A stretch of 64,000 bases of DNA from Octopus bimaculoides (GCF_001194135.2 NC_068981.1:101267198-101331197), one strand, 5' to 3'; positions 1 to 12,515 are shown, numbered from the stretch's first letter. Program-made: numbers and translations. Notes: generated by a model not told the origin, from the sequence alone.

Positions 1-330
1 TATATATATATATATATATATATATATTCACACACATACACACTCTCACTAATACTGTAATGAAAAGAATAGAGAAACTCACCAAAATGCATGCCGAAAA
101 AGAGCTGCCCATGAAATTCCAGCTAACCTATGTGCACAGAATACTGTGGTTCTCAATAACGTTAATGCATTATCTCTACACAATTATCATTAAATTTGTA
201 ACAGGATGAAAGAATGTCTTAAAAAATATATGAGTATACTCATATATATCAAAATAAAATGAGAAAATTTATAAGAGATGGAATTTCTATGGGTGCCTCA
301 AGTTATTTTTAAAACATTCCTTTCTGCTAT

Positions 331-737
331 AGGAACACAGCCTGAAATTTGGTGGGAGGGGGCTAGTCGATTACATCGAACCCAGTGCTTGACTGGATAT
401 TATTTTATCGATTCTGAAAGGATGAAAGGCAAAGTCGACCTCGGCAGCATTTGAACTCAAAACGTAAAGACGGACGAAATGCCGCTAAGCATTTTTACTG
501 GCGCACTAATGATTCCGCCAGCTCGCTGCCTCAGTTACATTAAAAATATTAATTTCAAATTTTGGCACAAGACCAGTAATTTCAGGGGAGTGGGAAAGTT
601 GATTACATCTACCCCAGTACTCAACAGGTACTTATTTTACCGACCCCGAAAGGATAAAAGGCAAATTTGAACTCAGAAGTCGAACGAAATACCGCCAAGC
701 ATTTTGCCCGGCGTGCTAACGATTCTGCCAGCTCGCC
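331..737 (-). mobile_element. Two tandem tRNA-derived SINE copies (about 331-530 and 555-737)
   Basis: Minus strand reads GGC(A)GCGAGCTGGC(G/A)GAATC..TTAG..GAGTTCAAAT..ACTTTGCCTTT(C/T)ATCCTTTC; the same family recurs at about 14620, 19875 and 35510. Confidence 0.75.
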
Positions 738-1229
738 ATCGTAGTTATATTATAATTACTACCAGTATTTTCGTAGTTTATTGAATGCTGTTGTAATAAT
801 TTCATGTAGTCATTACGTACTTTAACTGAAAATTAGGAACATAACTTCAGAAGCCTTTTATTTAACATATATAGAACTACAGTATCCTTGATTCACATTT
901 TTTCCATTTTTAAAGAGATAAGGTACGATCTGAAGTAGATTTGGCTGCTATTTCTAGCAAGTCCAGTGGGTATGTGAAATTTCATGCTTTGGCTTGGGTT
1001 CACTACCCAATCGTTGCTGTGATTACTACTGCTTGTTACGAGATATCTGACTATATATTCCAGTCTATTAAATTATTCGAGTCTTCATTGTTTTCTTTTC
1101 CTTTTTTTTTTTTTTTTTCCTGCAAAAGAGCAAAAAAAAATGTATGTGAAGCGGGAGGTCGTGTAAGGATATACTAAATGAAGTTATCAGATTGAATAAA
1201 ACAGCTTCCACCAAATATGGATTTCAGAC

Positions 1230-1365
1230 GAGGTAGTGGTGCGTTCTTGTCATACGCTTTGTTGCGTCGTTAAGTGACTGACCGGCCGGAAGTGGTTGTC
1301 TCATGCGATTGATGACTACCGCGTCCAGTAGCCCGCAACCACTCACCGCCATTTGACGATATATC
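1230..1365 (-). promoter_or_regulatory. CpG-rich promoter-like segment with a possible Met-Ala first coding exon on the minus strand
   Basis: ETS-type CCGGAAGTG at 1286-1294; YY1-type CCGCCATTT at 1346-1354; minus strand reads AAATGGCG|GTGAGT (ATG at 1352, donor at 1346). Confidence 0.4.
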
Positions 1366-1532
1366 ATCTAGCAATTTTCAGAATGACACCCATAAGAAAA
1401 TAATAAGTAGTACTAATGGTAAAAGAAAGTGAGGAAAGAGAAGAAAAAAACATCGAAAGAGCGATATTGGAATATACATACATACATACATACATACATA
1501 CATACATACATACATACATACATACATACATA

Positions 1533-1855
1533 CTTAACTGGCACTCCGTCGGTTACGACGACGAGGGTACTAGTTGATCCGATCAACGGAACAGGCTGCT
1601 CGTAAAATAAACGTGCAAGTGGCTGAGCACTCCACAGGCACGTGTACACTTAACTTAGTTCTCGGGGAGATTCAGCATGACACAGGACTCCCCTTTGAAT
1701 TACAGGTACAGCTCATTTTTTGCCAGCTGAATGGACTGAAGCAACGTGAAATAAAGTATCTTGCCTAAGGACACAACGCGCCGCTGGGACTCGAACTCAT
1801 GACCTTACGATCGTGAGCCGATTACCCTAACCACTAAGCCACGTGCTTTCACGCA
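1533..1855 (-). mobile_element. tRNA-derived SINE with CORE-like central domain
   Basis: A box TGGCTTAGTGG, B box GAGTTCGAGTCC, then TTGTGTCCTTAGGCAAGATACTT; flanked by (TACA)n; related copies at about 22620 and 49052. Confidence 0.75.
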
Positions 1856-2142
1856 TACATACATACATACATACATACATACATACATACATACATACAT
1901 ACCTTACCAATCTTGAGAAATTAAGCTTCTCAAAACCAGAAGGGAGAAAACTGATTCGAAGCCTACAGATCAAGCCATCACTGGAACTGTAAAAGTCTGT
2001 AAAGCTTTCCAGAAGTTTATCAAAAAACAGCTGTAAGACATTGATTACTTCTACTTCTCCATTTTTTTATTCACCTAACTCTAATTAAATATTCTAAGTG
2101 ACTGAGATACTCGTTCTGCCTTGGTATTGTTTTCCTTTTCCT

Positions 2143-2210
2143 TTAATATATGTATGTATGTAGGTAGGTAAGTAGGTAGGTAGGTAGGTAGGTAGGTAGG
2201 TATATGTATA

Positions 2211-2261
<51 letters not shown>

Positions 2262-2520
2262 GTGTGAAGGTATATTTATGTGTGTATGTAGATATGGGGT
2301 TATACATGTGTGTATGCATATATATATAGTGTGTGTGTATGTATGTATGTCTTCGTATGTACATACCTATATATATATATACACACATATATATACATAT
2401 GCATATATACATATACATATACGTTAATGTGTATGAGCGTGTGTGCGTGAGCGTGTGTGTATGCATGTATGTATGTTCGATGTGTATAGATATGCATGTA
2501 TACACTTATGTGCGCGTGAG
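2143..2520. repeat. Compound microsatellite (TAGG)n/(TG)n/(TA)n
   Basis: Directly visible; explains the spurious HT/VC/YI ORFs. Confidence 0.95.
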
Positions 2521-3690
2521 CATATCTACGTTAGTTGTAGACCAACGTACTGCCAACCTTCCAAGATATTCTTTCAGTTGCCTGTTCTCGAAAAAACAAC
2601 TTCCTGGTGTTGACAATATTCTTGCTGAGCTACTGAAAAAGAAGGGGTGCATGTGTATAAGGAATTCCACCAGTATATCGTCAAATCTGGACTGACGAGA
2701 GCATCCCACCCAAACAGTGAAATGCAAGCACCGTTTTCATTTATAAAAATCGGGCTTGCAATGCCACCTGTAACAATAGTAGAGGCCAGCAGTACAACAA
2801 ATTAATGTTGCCTGAATCGCAACGTAGATGTTGCAAAAACAAGGGCATAGACGACGTACTCTTCACAGTTCGTTGTCTCAGCCAGAAAGCCGGGAGCCAC
2901 ATCAGAATCTATTTATGGCTCTAAAGCACTTGAGAGAACTCTTATGGGATGTTTTTTCATGTTTGGATGTCCCAGTAAATTCGTTAACCTCTTTTACCCG
3001 GTCTACCATGGCATGTCTGAAAGCATGACCATGAGTAGAAAAGATTCCAAACACCTCCTGTGCGCACAGGGTGAAACAGGGATGCATACTAGCACCAGTA
3101 CTCTTAAGCATATTCTTCTTGTGTGTCACAGGCTTTCCACGACGAGATCTAGGACACCTGCAGTGTGGCAGTGGACTTCAAATTAGATGGCAACCTCTTT
3201 AGTATCAGGAGATACTACATCAGCACCAAAGTCTGTAGAGAGCCGTTCCAGGAGTCAGAGTATGCAAATTATTGTGTTCCTGTTGCTTACACCTAGAAGG
3301 ATCGTTATTGTGGCGATAAGAACTACAATAGGATAGGACTGACTATCAACTCTACCAAGACAAATGTAGTCTGCCAATGGAGAGCTAGTATTTTTTCCAG
3401 TCTCCTTATCAGTAATGGTAAAGAAGAGCTGCCAATGGTACCATCTTTCAAATTGAAAAGGCATCGCCAGCTTTTGGGAGACTTCGCGAGCAGCATTTAA
3501 GAACAAGAGCCGTCAATCCTCCATAAAAGTCAATGTATATCAAGCGGTCTGTATCACTACCCTACTCTATAGCTGTCAAACTTGGGTGATCAACAATCGT
3601 CTCATTATGTCCTTTCAATGTTTCCTCAAGGGCTTCCGACAGCACATCTTAGGAATTGTCTGGTGTGATCGTGTACTTCACACTGAAACA
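2520..3690 (+). mobile_element. Decayed RTE-type LINE reverse transcriptase fragment
   Basis: Broken frames give PGVDNILAELLK, LPESQ, QPESREPHQNLFMAL, matching RT motifs PGxDGIPAELLK / LPESQCGFR / QEKCREQ. Confidence 0.7.
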
Positions 3691-3699
3691 CAAAAACTA

Positions 3700-4112
3700 A
3701 CAAAATATGTATTGAACAGATTTTCACCAAATTTGGCAAAAATACTCATAACCCTAACTCTAAAACCCGAACCCTAACTCTAAAACCCTAAAGCTAAAAC
3801 CAGTACAAACGCACGAACGATGTCATAAATAACAGTACCACCGATAGTTGTTGTTGACAAACAACGGCACTAATTTTATTCAAGGGAAAATATCCCATTA
3901 CACCGCCACAACGTGTTGTTGACATACCACAGCAGTAATTGTTTTCACCTCAATAGACGTCAGGGATTGGTTGAAATTACCGAAATACAATTTTAATACG
4001 AAATAACTTTAAAGATATAAACTTTTCTCAACAACACTAAGAGTAAAAGATGTTTTATATGACACATTCTACTAATGTCCCAAGTTTGGTGTCCGCTAAA
4101 TCAGAAAGATCC
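3700..4112. mobile_element. Partial copy (right arm) of the telomeric-repeat MITE family at 7600-8251
   Basis: Degenerate (CCCTAA)-like units at about 3748-3800; right end ..TCAGAAAGATCC reverse-complements to the same GGATCTTT..GTAGAATGTGTCATATAAAAC arm. Confidence 0.6.
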
Positions 4113-5144
4113 CATAATTCCGCCCGTTCATGTGTGTGTTAGGGGGGGGGGGGTTCTTTAATAGCCAGAGGTCAATTTAAGTTCAGTCACAGAAAGGAAT
4201 TCAAGACGGCAACACACGCAATCATATACTTACAAACATACCCATACATACACATACACAAATACATACCTATCAGCCACTACCAAAAGCCAGTTTGATC
4301 CAAAATTTTGACCACCATTCTTCATATATATATGCACACAAACACACACATTCAGCTTTCCGCTTTTATTTTTTTTCTTTTAGTCGTCTGTCATTATTCA
4401 ACTGATCTAGTTTTTGTTTTTGTGTTAGGGGTTTCACTTTAGCGACACCAGTGTCGCCAAAGTAGAAATAGTGTTTTTAAGTTTTTGAAAATCTGAATTA
4501 AAAAAAACATGGTTTCTTTAAACTGACTGTCGCAGAGATGTGAAAATAGGGCTACTACTCGTTAATTTCAAATTAAACTTACCAAAGTTGAGGGTCTTCC
4601 AAATCCACCACCACCAGCGCCCCCCACCCAGTCTCTTAACATCCCCATAGTGCCACTTTGCTTCAAAACGCCCCACTCGAGCTCCAAATTCCCCAACACC
4701 CCCCACCCCCGGTGGGCATATGGTCCTGTTCAGAACCTTTGATTTAAAGAATCTCAGATAAAGAATCTTGAGAATATTTTATAAATTTGCACTGAGCCGC
4801 TAATAACTGGATTTTATGTATGTATGTATGTATGTATGTATGTATGTGTTAATATTTATGCATACCTTATTCATACACCGTATATAGTTGTAAGAAATCT
4901 TTTGTAGAGGTATATAAAGTGCCACGGTTTTGCAGAAACGGTAGAGCAGCCAACAGAATATCTTGCGGTATTTTGTCGTGTTCCCTACAAGTATCAGTCA
5001 AATATGATCGGCTATTCCTTCCCCTTGTGTCTAGGTTAAAAAATTTAGACATCAAGAAATACCGTCAGCGAGCTGAAGATTAAATATTTCTTGTCACTTG
5101 AAGTCAACATGCTTCATAATAAAATACGTATTCCCTCTCTGATC

Positions 5145-5175
<31 letters not shown>

Positions 5176-5191
5176 TTTCTCTCTAGCTCTC

Positions 5192-5275
<84 letters not shown>
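5145..5275. repeat. (CT)n microsatellite
   Basis: Directly visible. Confidence 0.95.
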
Positions 5276-5276
<1 letters not shown>

Positions 5277-6235
5277 CTGATTCTCTGGCTCATCAGCTTC
5301 AGTCTCATCCACCCATTGAGAAATGTATAGCTGGCTATATAGCCTACTGACCCGTACGAGCTAGCAAAGAAGCTTGTATGTAGTAGCCAAATCTCCCTTA
5401 CACCTTACCTTCTTAAAGAGAGAGGGGGGAGAGAGAAAGAGAGAGAGATTTGGACATGATAGTCTCGTACATTTAGCCTAGAAAAAAGGTAAGATGTGGT
5501 TACAGCTTCAATGCCTGTGATTATAGGCCTGCTAGATTGATGTTGACCCGAGGTTAACTAACAACAACAACCTATGTAGACCTGAAGGAAGAAAGAAAGA
5601 AAGTAAGAAAGAATGAAAGAAAGAAACAAACAAACAAACAAACAAACAAACAAGCAAACAAAAGACATTCCTTGCCATTTGTCATCCGCAATAAACAGAC
5701 CACGCGTTTATCCAATTGCTTCACGCTTCGTTCCCTATATCAGTCAGTGGACAACAAATGCCATCAGTTCGTATATATATTTTGGCTGAAGCTGACTGGA
5801 AAAAGGGGAAAAGATTGACCAACCATGTCTCAGCACTAAATGCTTTTTATCCGTTTTGGTGAAGTGTTTTTTCCACCACCATTGATGTCGCTGCCATTTT
5901 CAATTATACAACAACCACATAAACAAGAAGAGCAAAAGGAACAGCGAAGAACAAAGGGGACAGCTGGAAAATTAACTTTCAATAATTATCTCCCGGGTGG
6001 TCAAGCAAAAGAATAAGATGCTCAGCACGGAATGAGTAACCTGGCAGAAATACTAACCAAATTTCCCTCCAATGACATTGGAAGGAAACAAAGAAAGACA
6101 ATTGAACAATGTAATGTACATGACTTGCGAAAGAGACGTGATGGTTATGGAAGGAATTTCGTTAATCATGTTTGCTCAATTTGAGCCAACCTAATGATAG
6201 TATCTGTATATATGTGTATGTGTACACACACACAT

Positions 6236-6287
<52 letters not shown>

Positions 6288-6308
6288 ACATATGTATATG
6301 TATATATA

Positions 6309-7160
6309 NNNNNNNNNNNNNNNNNNNNNNNNNNNNNNNNNNNNNNNNNNNNNNNNNNNNNNNNNNNNNNNNNNNNNNNNNNNNNNNNNNNNNNNNNNNN
6401 NNNNNNNNNNNNNNNNNNNNNNNNNNNNNNNNNNNNNNNNNNNNNNNNNNNNNNNNNNNNNNNNNNNNNNNNNNNNNNNNNNNNNNNNNNNNNNNNNNNN
6501 NNNNNNNNNNNNNNNNNNNNNNNNNNNNNNNNNNNNNNNNNNNNNNNNNNNNNNNNNNNNNNNNNNNNNNNNNNNNNNNNNNNNNNNNNNNNNNNNNNNN
6601 NNNNNNNNNNNNNNNNNNNNNNNNNNNNNNNNNNNNNNNNNNNNNNNNNNNNNNNNNNNNNNNNNNNNNNNNNNNNNNNNNNNNNNNNNNNNNNNNNNNN
6701 NNNNNNNNNNNNNNNNNNNNNNNNNNNNNNNNNNNNNNNNNNNNNNNNNNNNNNNNNNNNNNNNNNNNNNNNNNNNNNNNNNNNNNNNNNNNNNNNNNNN
6801 NNNNNNNNNNNNNNNNNNNNNNNNNNNNNNNNNNNNNNNNNNNNNNNNNNNNNNNNNNNNNNNNNNNNNNNNNNNNNNNNNNNNNNNNNNNNNNNNNNNN
6901 NNNNNNNNNNNNNNNNNNNNNNNNNNNNNNNNNNNNNNNNNNNNNNNNNNNNNNNNNNNNNNNNNNNNNNNNNNNNNNNNNNNNNNNNNNNNNNNNNNNN
7001 NNNNNNNNNNNNNNNNNNNNNNNNNNNNNNNNNNNNNNNNNNNNNNNNNNNNNNNNNNNNNNNNNNNNNNNNNNNNNNNNNNNNNNNNNNNNNNNNNNNN
7101 NNNNNNNNNNNNNNNNNNNNNNNNNNNNNNNNNNNNNNNNNNNNNNNNNNNNNNNNNNNN
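6309..7160. other. Assembly gap; others at 10503-11422, 12784-13412, 27414-27878, 45041-45969, 49385-49453, 60376-61309 and 63075-63084
   Basis: Runs of N, mostly flanked by microsatellites or repeats. Confidence 1.
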
Positions 7161-7189
7161 TGTGTGTGTGTGTGTGTGTGTGTGTGTTT

Positions 7190-7392
7190 GTGTGTCTGTG
7201 TTTGTCCCCCTAGCATTGCTTGACAAACGATGCTGGTATGTTTATGTCCTCATCACCTAGCGGTTCGGCAAAAGAGACCGATAGAATAAGTACTAGGCTT
7301 ACAAAGAATAAGTCCCGGGGTCGATTTGCTTGACTAAAGGCGGTGCTCCAGCATGGCCGCAGTCAAATGACTGAAACAAGTAAAAGAGTAAA
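7190..7392 (+). mobile_element. SINE 3' portion
   Basis: TAGCGGTTCGGCAAAAGAGACCGATAGAATAAGTACTAGG..GACTGAAACAAGTAAAAGA; recurs at about 20350, 27960 and 53290. Confidence 0.75.
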
Positions 7393-7475
7393 TATATATA
7401 TTAGACAAAAGAGATAACAAGACCAAGGCTGTGAGGAGTTTTCAGGACATTTATAAGGGAAAAGATATAGATATA

Positions 7476-7524
7476 GTCTTACAGCTGTTTCTGGGAATAT
7501 TATGGATATCCCTTCATCAGAGAC
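7476..7524 (-). ncRNA. Minimal type-I hammerhead ribozyme motif
   Basis: GUCU-CUGAUGA-A-GGGAUAU/ccaua/AUAUUCCC-A-GAAA-C-AGCU-G-UA-AGAC: intact core, palindromic stem III loop, 4-bp stem I. Confidence 0.65.
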
Positions 7525-7599
7525 GATGTTTAAATAGAGGTGAATGTCTGAGTTCGAAATAAGGAATTATTGTGGAAAGGGAGGAGATAGGGAATATAG

Positions 7600-8251
7600 G
7601 GATCTTTGTGATTTGACGGGCAACATTTGTTTTCTTAACGAAACACTTTCAAATTTGGGACACTGGTAGAATGTGTCATATAAAACAACTTCTTCTCTTA
7701 ACCTTCTTAACAAAATTTTGTACATCGCAAGTTATTTCATGTTAAAGTTGTCGTATTTCTGTAATTTCAACCAATCACTGACGTCTATTCAGCTAAATAC
7801 AGTCAGTGCTGGCCGGTGATAAAAATGTTATTCCCTGTGGTATATTTCATCCGGTTTAATCGTAATTTATACGCATATATTGTTTATATAATAAATTACG
7901 CTAACCCTAACCCTAACCCTAACCCCAACCCTAACCCTAAAACCCTAACCCTAACCCTATTTTGATGGCTTTTCCCCCTTTGTTTACGAACAGTCTAGTT
8001 AATCGGAAATGTCAGAACTAACGGGGGTTAATACCATATACACCGTTACAGCACTTACTGTTTTCAATTGAATAGACGTCAGTGATTAGTTGAAATTATC
8101 GAAATTAGACAATTTTTAACGTGAAATAACTTCGAATACAAAATTTATTATCTGTTCTATACCACAAAATATACAAGTATACGAAGTTTGAAAGTGTTTC
8201 GGTTCCAAAACACTACATAAAAAAATGTTGCCCGTCAAATCACAAAGGTCC
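7600..8251. mobile_element. Non-autonomous DNA transposon with long imperfect TIRs, 8-bp TSD and internal telomeric repeats
   Basis: Ends GGATCTTTGTGATTTGACGGGCAAC ... GTTGCCCGTCAAATCACAAAGGTCC; arms similar for about 200 bp; direct repeat GAATATAG at 7592-7599 and 8252-8259. Confidence 0.8.
7901..7959. repeat. Interstitial telomeric repeat (CCCTAA)n, about 9-10 units
   Basis: Directly visible in the centre of the MITE. Confidence 0.9.
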
Positions 8252-9661
8252 GAATATAGTGTGAAATAAGAGAATGAAAGGAAATATAAAATATAAAAGA
8301 TTGTAGTTGCAGTTCCATTATTCGAATAAAGTGGTGTATAGAAGTAGTAAAACAGTTTCCTGTACATGGTATGTAAATTCCTATAGTAGTTCATTTTTAG
8401 TCATATCTAAATATGGAGCCGTGGATTCTGTGTTGCTCATTCGAAGGGGCTTTGTGGTGTGAATGAAAATTTGAGAATGTATTGGTAGTATTTGTGGATA
8501 GATGGTTGGAGATGTGTATGATTTGAATGAAGAGATAGGTTTAAATGAAGACAGGAAGAGAAAATGAGAGGAAGAAAGAGAGAACCAAACAAAAAGAAAA
8601 AAATATAATAAAAAGAGAGAGAAAGTGAAAAGAGTGAAAAAAGAGAAAGGAAACGAAAAAGTGAAGAAAGGGTAGTCAAGATAATGTGAGGTAGTCAAGA
8701 TAATGGGAGAGAAGTGGGGAGAAGGTGGATAGGAAGAGATGAGAAGGTAAGGAGTGAATGAGTGTGAGATATGAGTAGGGGTGATATGATAGAGCTGTAT
8801 TAAGGGATGGGTAGAGAAAAGGTATGAGTGGGGTGATACCAAAGTGAGTAGTAGTTTTAGTAGTAAAATTTAAAGTGGAGGAAAGAGTACAAAGATATCA
8901 AATTTCTTTAAATAGACGTATGTGATAGGTTAGTGTGATAGGTAGGAATCAGAGAGGAAGAAAGTTAAGTAGGGTTGTTGGGATTACCTAAGGGGTGTTG
9001 TGGATATATGCTATGTGGTTATTTAGGTTGCATTTAGATTTGTGGTAAAACTTGAAGGTTTGAAAAAAGTGCTGGTCGCATGTACTTAGAGCCTCATTAT
9101 ATTTATTTAGTCGTGTCAAGTTGTGTTTTAATATGTGTAATGCCTCTTATGGGCATAACTTACAGGCTAAGCGTTGACTTTGGTATGGAAACCCTGAATC
9201 TATTATGGACCATGACAAAATGTAAAGAATATTTCTATTTTTGAGATGATGTGTGTGACTGGCGAGTGCTGTGGATTTACTGTGTTTCTTGTATCTAAAA
9301 GAATTGAGATGAGTGGCATATCGGTGTTTAAAACTTATGGGCCCGAGGAACAGGGGCTGCAGGTGGTGCAAGCGCACCTCCTAAAATATTTTGAGGGTGC
9401 ATAATCAAAATTTACACTCCTGCTTATTTTTCTCAGGTTTAGAAAACCGTGCGTTAAAAGTGATCTGTAAAAAGTAGCTTGAAGTTTGGTTTCTTCTCAA
9501 AGAACAAAAACAATAAGACCTTATTTGTAAAAAAAAATTGGCCCTAGGTTTGCACCCCCTAAGCAAATTTCGTTCCCGAACCAGTATATGTAACTACATG
9601 TGGATTGTTGGCGATGTTTTTTTCCTCCGTCTTCCTTTTCTCTTGGACTTTCCTCTGTCTC

Positions 9662-9700
9662 CTGCTTCTGAAGAAGAGCTTTGCTCGAAACGTAAAACAG
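9662..9700 (+). ncRNA. Minimal type-I hammerhead ribozyme motif
   Basis: CUGCUU-CUGAAGA-A-GAGC(UUU)GCUC-GAAA-CG-UA-AAACAG: intact core, perfect 4-bp stem II, palindromic ACGU, stem I 5/6 paired. Confidence 0.75.
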
Positions 9701-10461
9701 CCTTTCATTCCTTCCCTGGGCGTCTGTTAATACTTTACATGTACCACGTGATCGCGTTGTTGTCTTTTTCTTGTGTTTTTCTCCGTTTTTTTTTTTGGAT
9801 TATATATATATAAGAAAATGTTGAGTTCTATTTCATCCTTTACTTTGTGGGGTTCCAAAGTTAGATTTCTAATAAAGATTCTTCATATTAAATTGGTAGC
9901 TTACTATTATAAGTATTTTCTTAAATATGAAAATGTTACAAATATAAGGTATGTTATGAGCATTTATAAAACACGTATCCTATGTAAACTCAACAAACGA
10001 TTCAAGATGGAGAAGAGAAGATGTTAAAAGCATCTGATCGTTTCGAATGGTAATACTAACATGTAAGAAACATGGAAATAATTAAAAATTAAATCAATTA
10101 TAATTATAATTAGATTAATTACATATTACCGTTCTCCTCAGTGCGAAAAAAAGAATGCATCAAAAAGAATACATCAGAACAGTATTATATTGTTACAGAA
10201 TACTAGATGGAGTGAGTGTCATATAACATATTCGGATATCCATAAAATGATTGTGAAAGATGAAATATAAAAACATGCTTAGGTAGGGTTGAGTTTAGTT
10301 GTGTACGAACTATAACTGATGCGGCTAACGAATATTTTGAAATATAAGTGAAAAATGTTTAAGAAACATTGTCTCTATATGAAGATAAGTAATATAGGGA
10401 TATACATTCCATATAAGGCATTTATCATAAGAAGTAAAATATAATATACATATATATACAT

Positions 10462-10502
<41 letters not shown>

Positions 10503-11422
10503 NNNNNNNNNNNNNNNNNNNNNNNNNNNNNNNNNNNNNNNNNNNNNNNNNNNNNNNNNNNNNNNNNNNNNNNNNNNNNNNNNNNNNNNNNNNNNNNNNN
10601 NNNNNNNNNNNNNNNNNNNNNNNNNNNNNNNNNNNNNNNNNNNNNNNNNNNNNNNNNNNNNNNNNNNNNNNNNNNNNNNNNNNNNNNNNNNNNNNNNNNN
10701 NNNNNNNNNNNNNNNNNNNNNNNNNNNNNNNNNNNNNNNNNNNNNNNNNNNNNNNNNNNNNNNNNNNNNNNNNNNNNNNNNNNNNNNNNNNNNNNNNNNN
10801 NNNNNNNNNNNNNNNNNNNNNNNNNNNNNNNNNNNNNNNNNNNNNNNNNNNNNNNNNNNNNNNNNNNNNNNNNNNNNNNNNNNNNNNNNNNNNNNNNNNN
10901 NNNNNNNNNNNNNNNNNNNNNNNNNNNNNNNNNNNNNNNNNNNNNNNNNNNNNNNNNNNNNNNNNNNNNNNNNNNNNNNNNNNNNNNNNNNNNNNNNNNN
11001 NNNNNNNNNNNNNNNNNNNNNNNNNNNNNNNNNNNNNNNNNNNNNNNNNNNNNNNNNNNNNNNNNNNNNNNNNNNNNNNNNNNNNNNNNNNNNNNNNNNN
11101 NNNNNNNNNNNNNNNNNNNNNNNNNNNNNNNNNNNNNNNNNNNNNNNNNNNNNNNNNNNNNNNNNNNNNNNNNNNNNNNNNNNNNNNNNNNNNNNNNNNN
11201 NNNNNNNNNNNNNNNNNNNNNNNNNNNNNNNNNNNNNNNNNNNNNNNNNNNNNNNNNNNNNNNNNNNNNNNNNNNNNNNNNNNNNNNNNNNNNNNNNNNN
11301 NNNNNNNNNNNNNNNNNNNNNNNNNNNNNNNNNNNNNNNNNNNNNNNNNNNNNNNNNNNNNNNNNNNNNNNNNNNNNNNNNNNNNNNNNNNNNNNNNNNN
11401 NNNNNNNNNNNNNNNNNNNNNN

Positions 11423-11471
<49 letters not shown>

Positions 11472-12515
11472 CATAATTTTCTAACTTATATAACGTAATG
11501 GTGAAAGTGGATGTAATAAAAAAGAGCATTAGATTCCTTGGAAGAAATCAGCGAATGTATAGAAAAACAAGGACGGAATAAAATGGACAATGTTACACAA
11601 GTACAATAAAAATAATAACAGGACATAACAACAAGTGTCTTTCGACTAAGTACGAATTAAATTAAGCTGGCGTGTGTGGAAATAAAGCCTTACGGCAGGG
11701 ATACAAGTTTTCACAGGCACAGGGAGGAATATCGATGTTGCACGGACAACGGCTGGTCACGAAAGAAAGACCTATATATATATATATATATATATATATG
11801 CAGTTACTAAAGTTTGTCCTAACTAGAATGTTAATGTTACCTACAATCTATCTATCCATCTATCTATCTACCTATCTATCTTTCTTCTTACCCATCTCCC
11901 CCTCCCGCTTTGCTTCCTTCTGTTGTCCTTGCTTCTCTCCTTTACTGCTATACATATCTCTCTTCCTCCCTGTCTCCCGTCGCCCACCTTTGTTCCACTT
12001 CCTCCCTCTACCTCCCTCTCTGCTCACATGTGACCTCTGGTCACTTATCTCTTTCTCACTTCAGCCAGCATAAAGGCGATGACGAACCTACTACTTCTCC
12101 GTCCAGCTTCGTTATATCACTAGCGTTCAATATCCCATCATGTTTGGCCCTACGGCTTTTTAATGTTGTTTTCACTGTCCAATTTTTCCTGTCTTGGTTT
12201 GTGTTTGCCACCTTGGAATCCTCTGTTTAGTGGGTTAATCCACTACTCAGGAAGAATCTATTCTAAGAATGCGCCCTGCCTTATCTTCGAAACGCCTAAT
12301 TTAGAATAGAGGCAGCTGATGAAGGAATAATTCCATAAGTGGCTTGTTTGTTTTCTTATGTGTTCGTTCTGTTGTCTGTAAACAAAGTCCGTTTTGTTTT
12401 TATGCTCCCGTTCATTTTTCTAACGTCCTGTACCCGAATATGCATCTGTATACACATTTAGATGTAGGTATGTACATATATGTATGTATACATGCATATG
12501 CTTATATATCATTTG

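Larger units (their letters stand above)
7400..9340 (-). mobile_element. Penelope-like element remnant: GIY-YIG C-terminus, pyrimidine-rich 3' region and hammerhead-bearing terminal repeat
   Basis: Minus frame gives FKHRYATHLNSFRYKKHSKSTALASHTHHLKNRNILYILSWSII..CKLC, typical of the Penelope endonuclease C-terminus; hammerhead at 7476-7524; interrupted by the MITE at 7600-8251. Confidence 0.75.
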
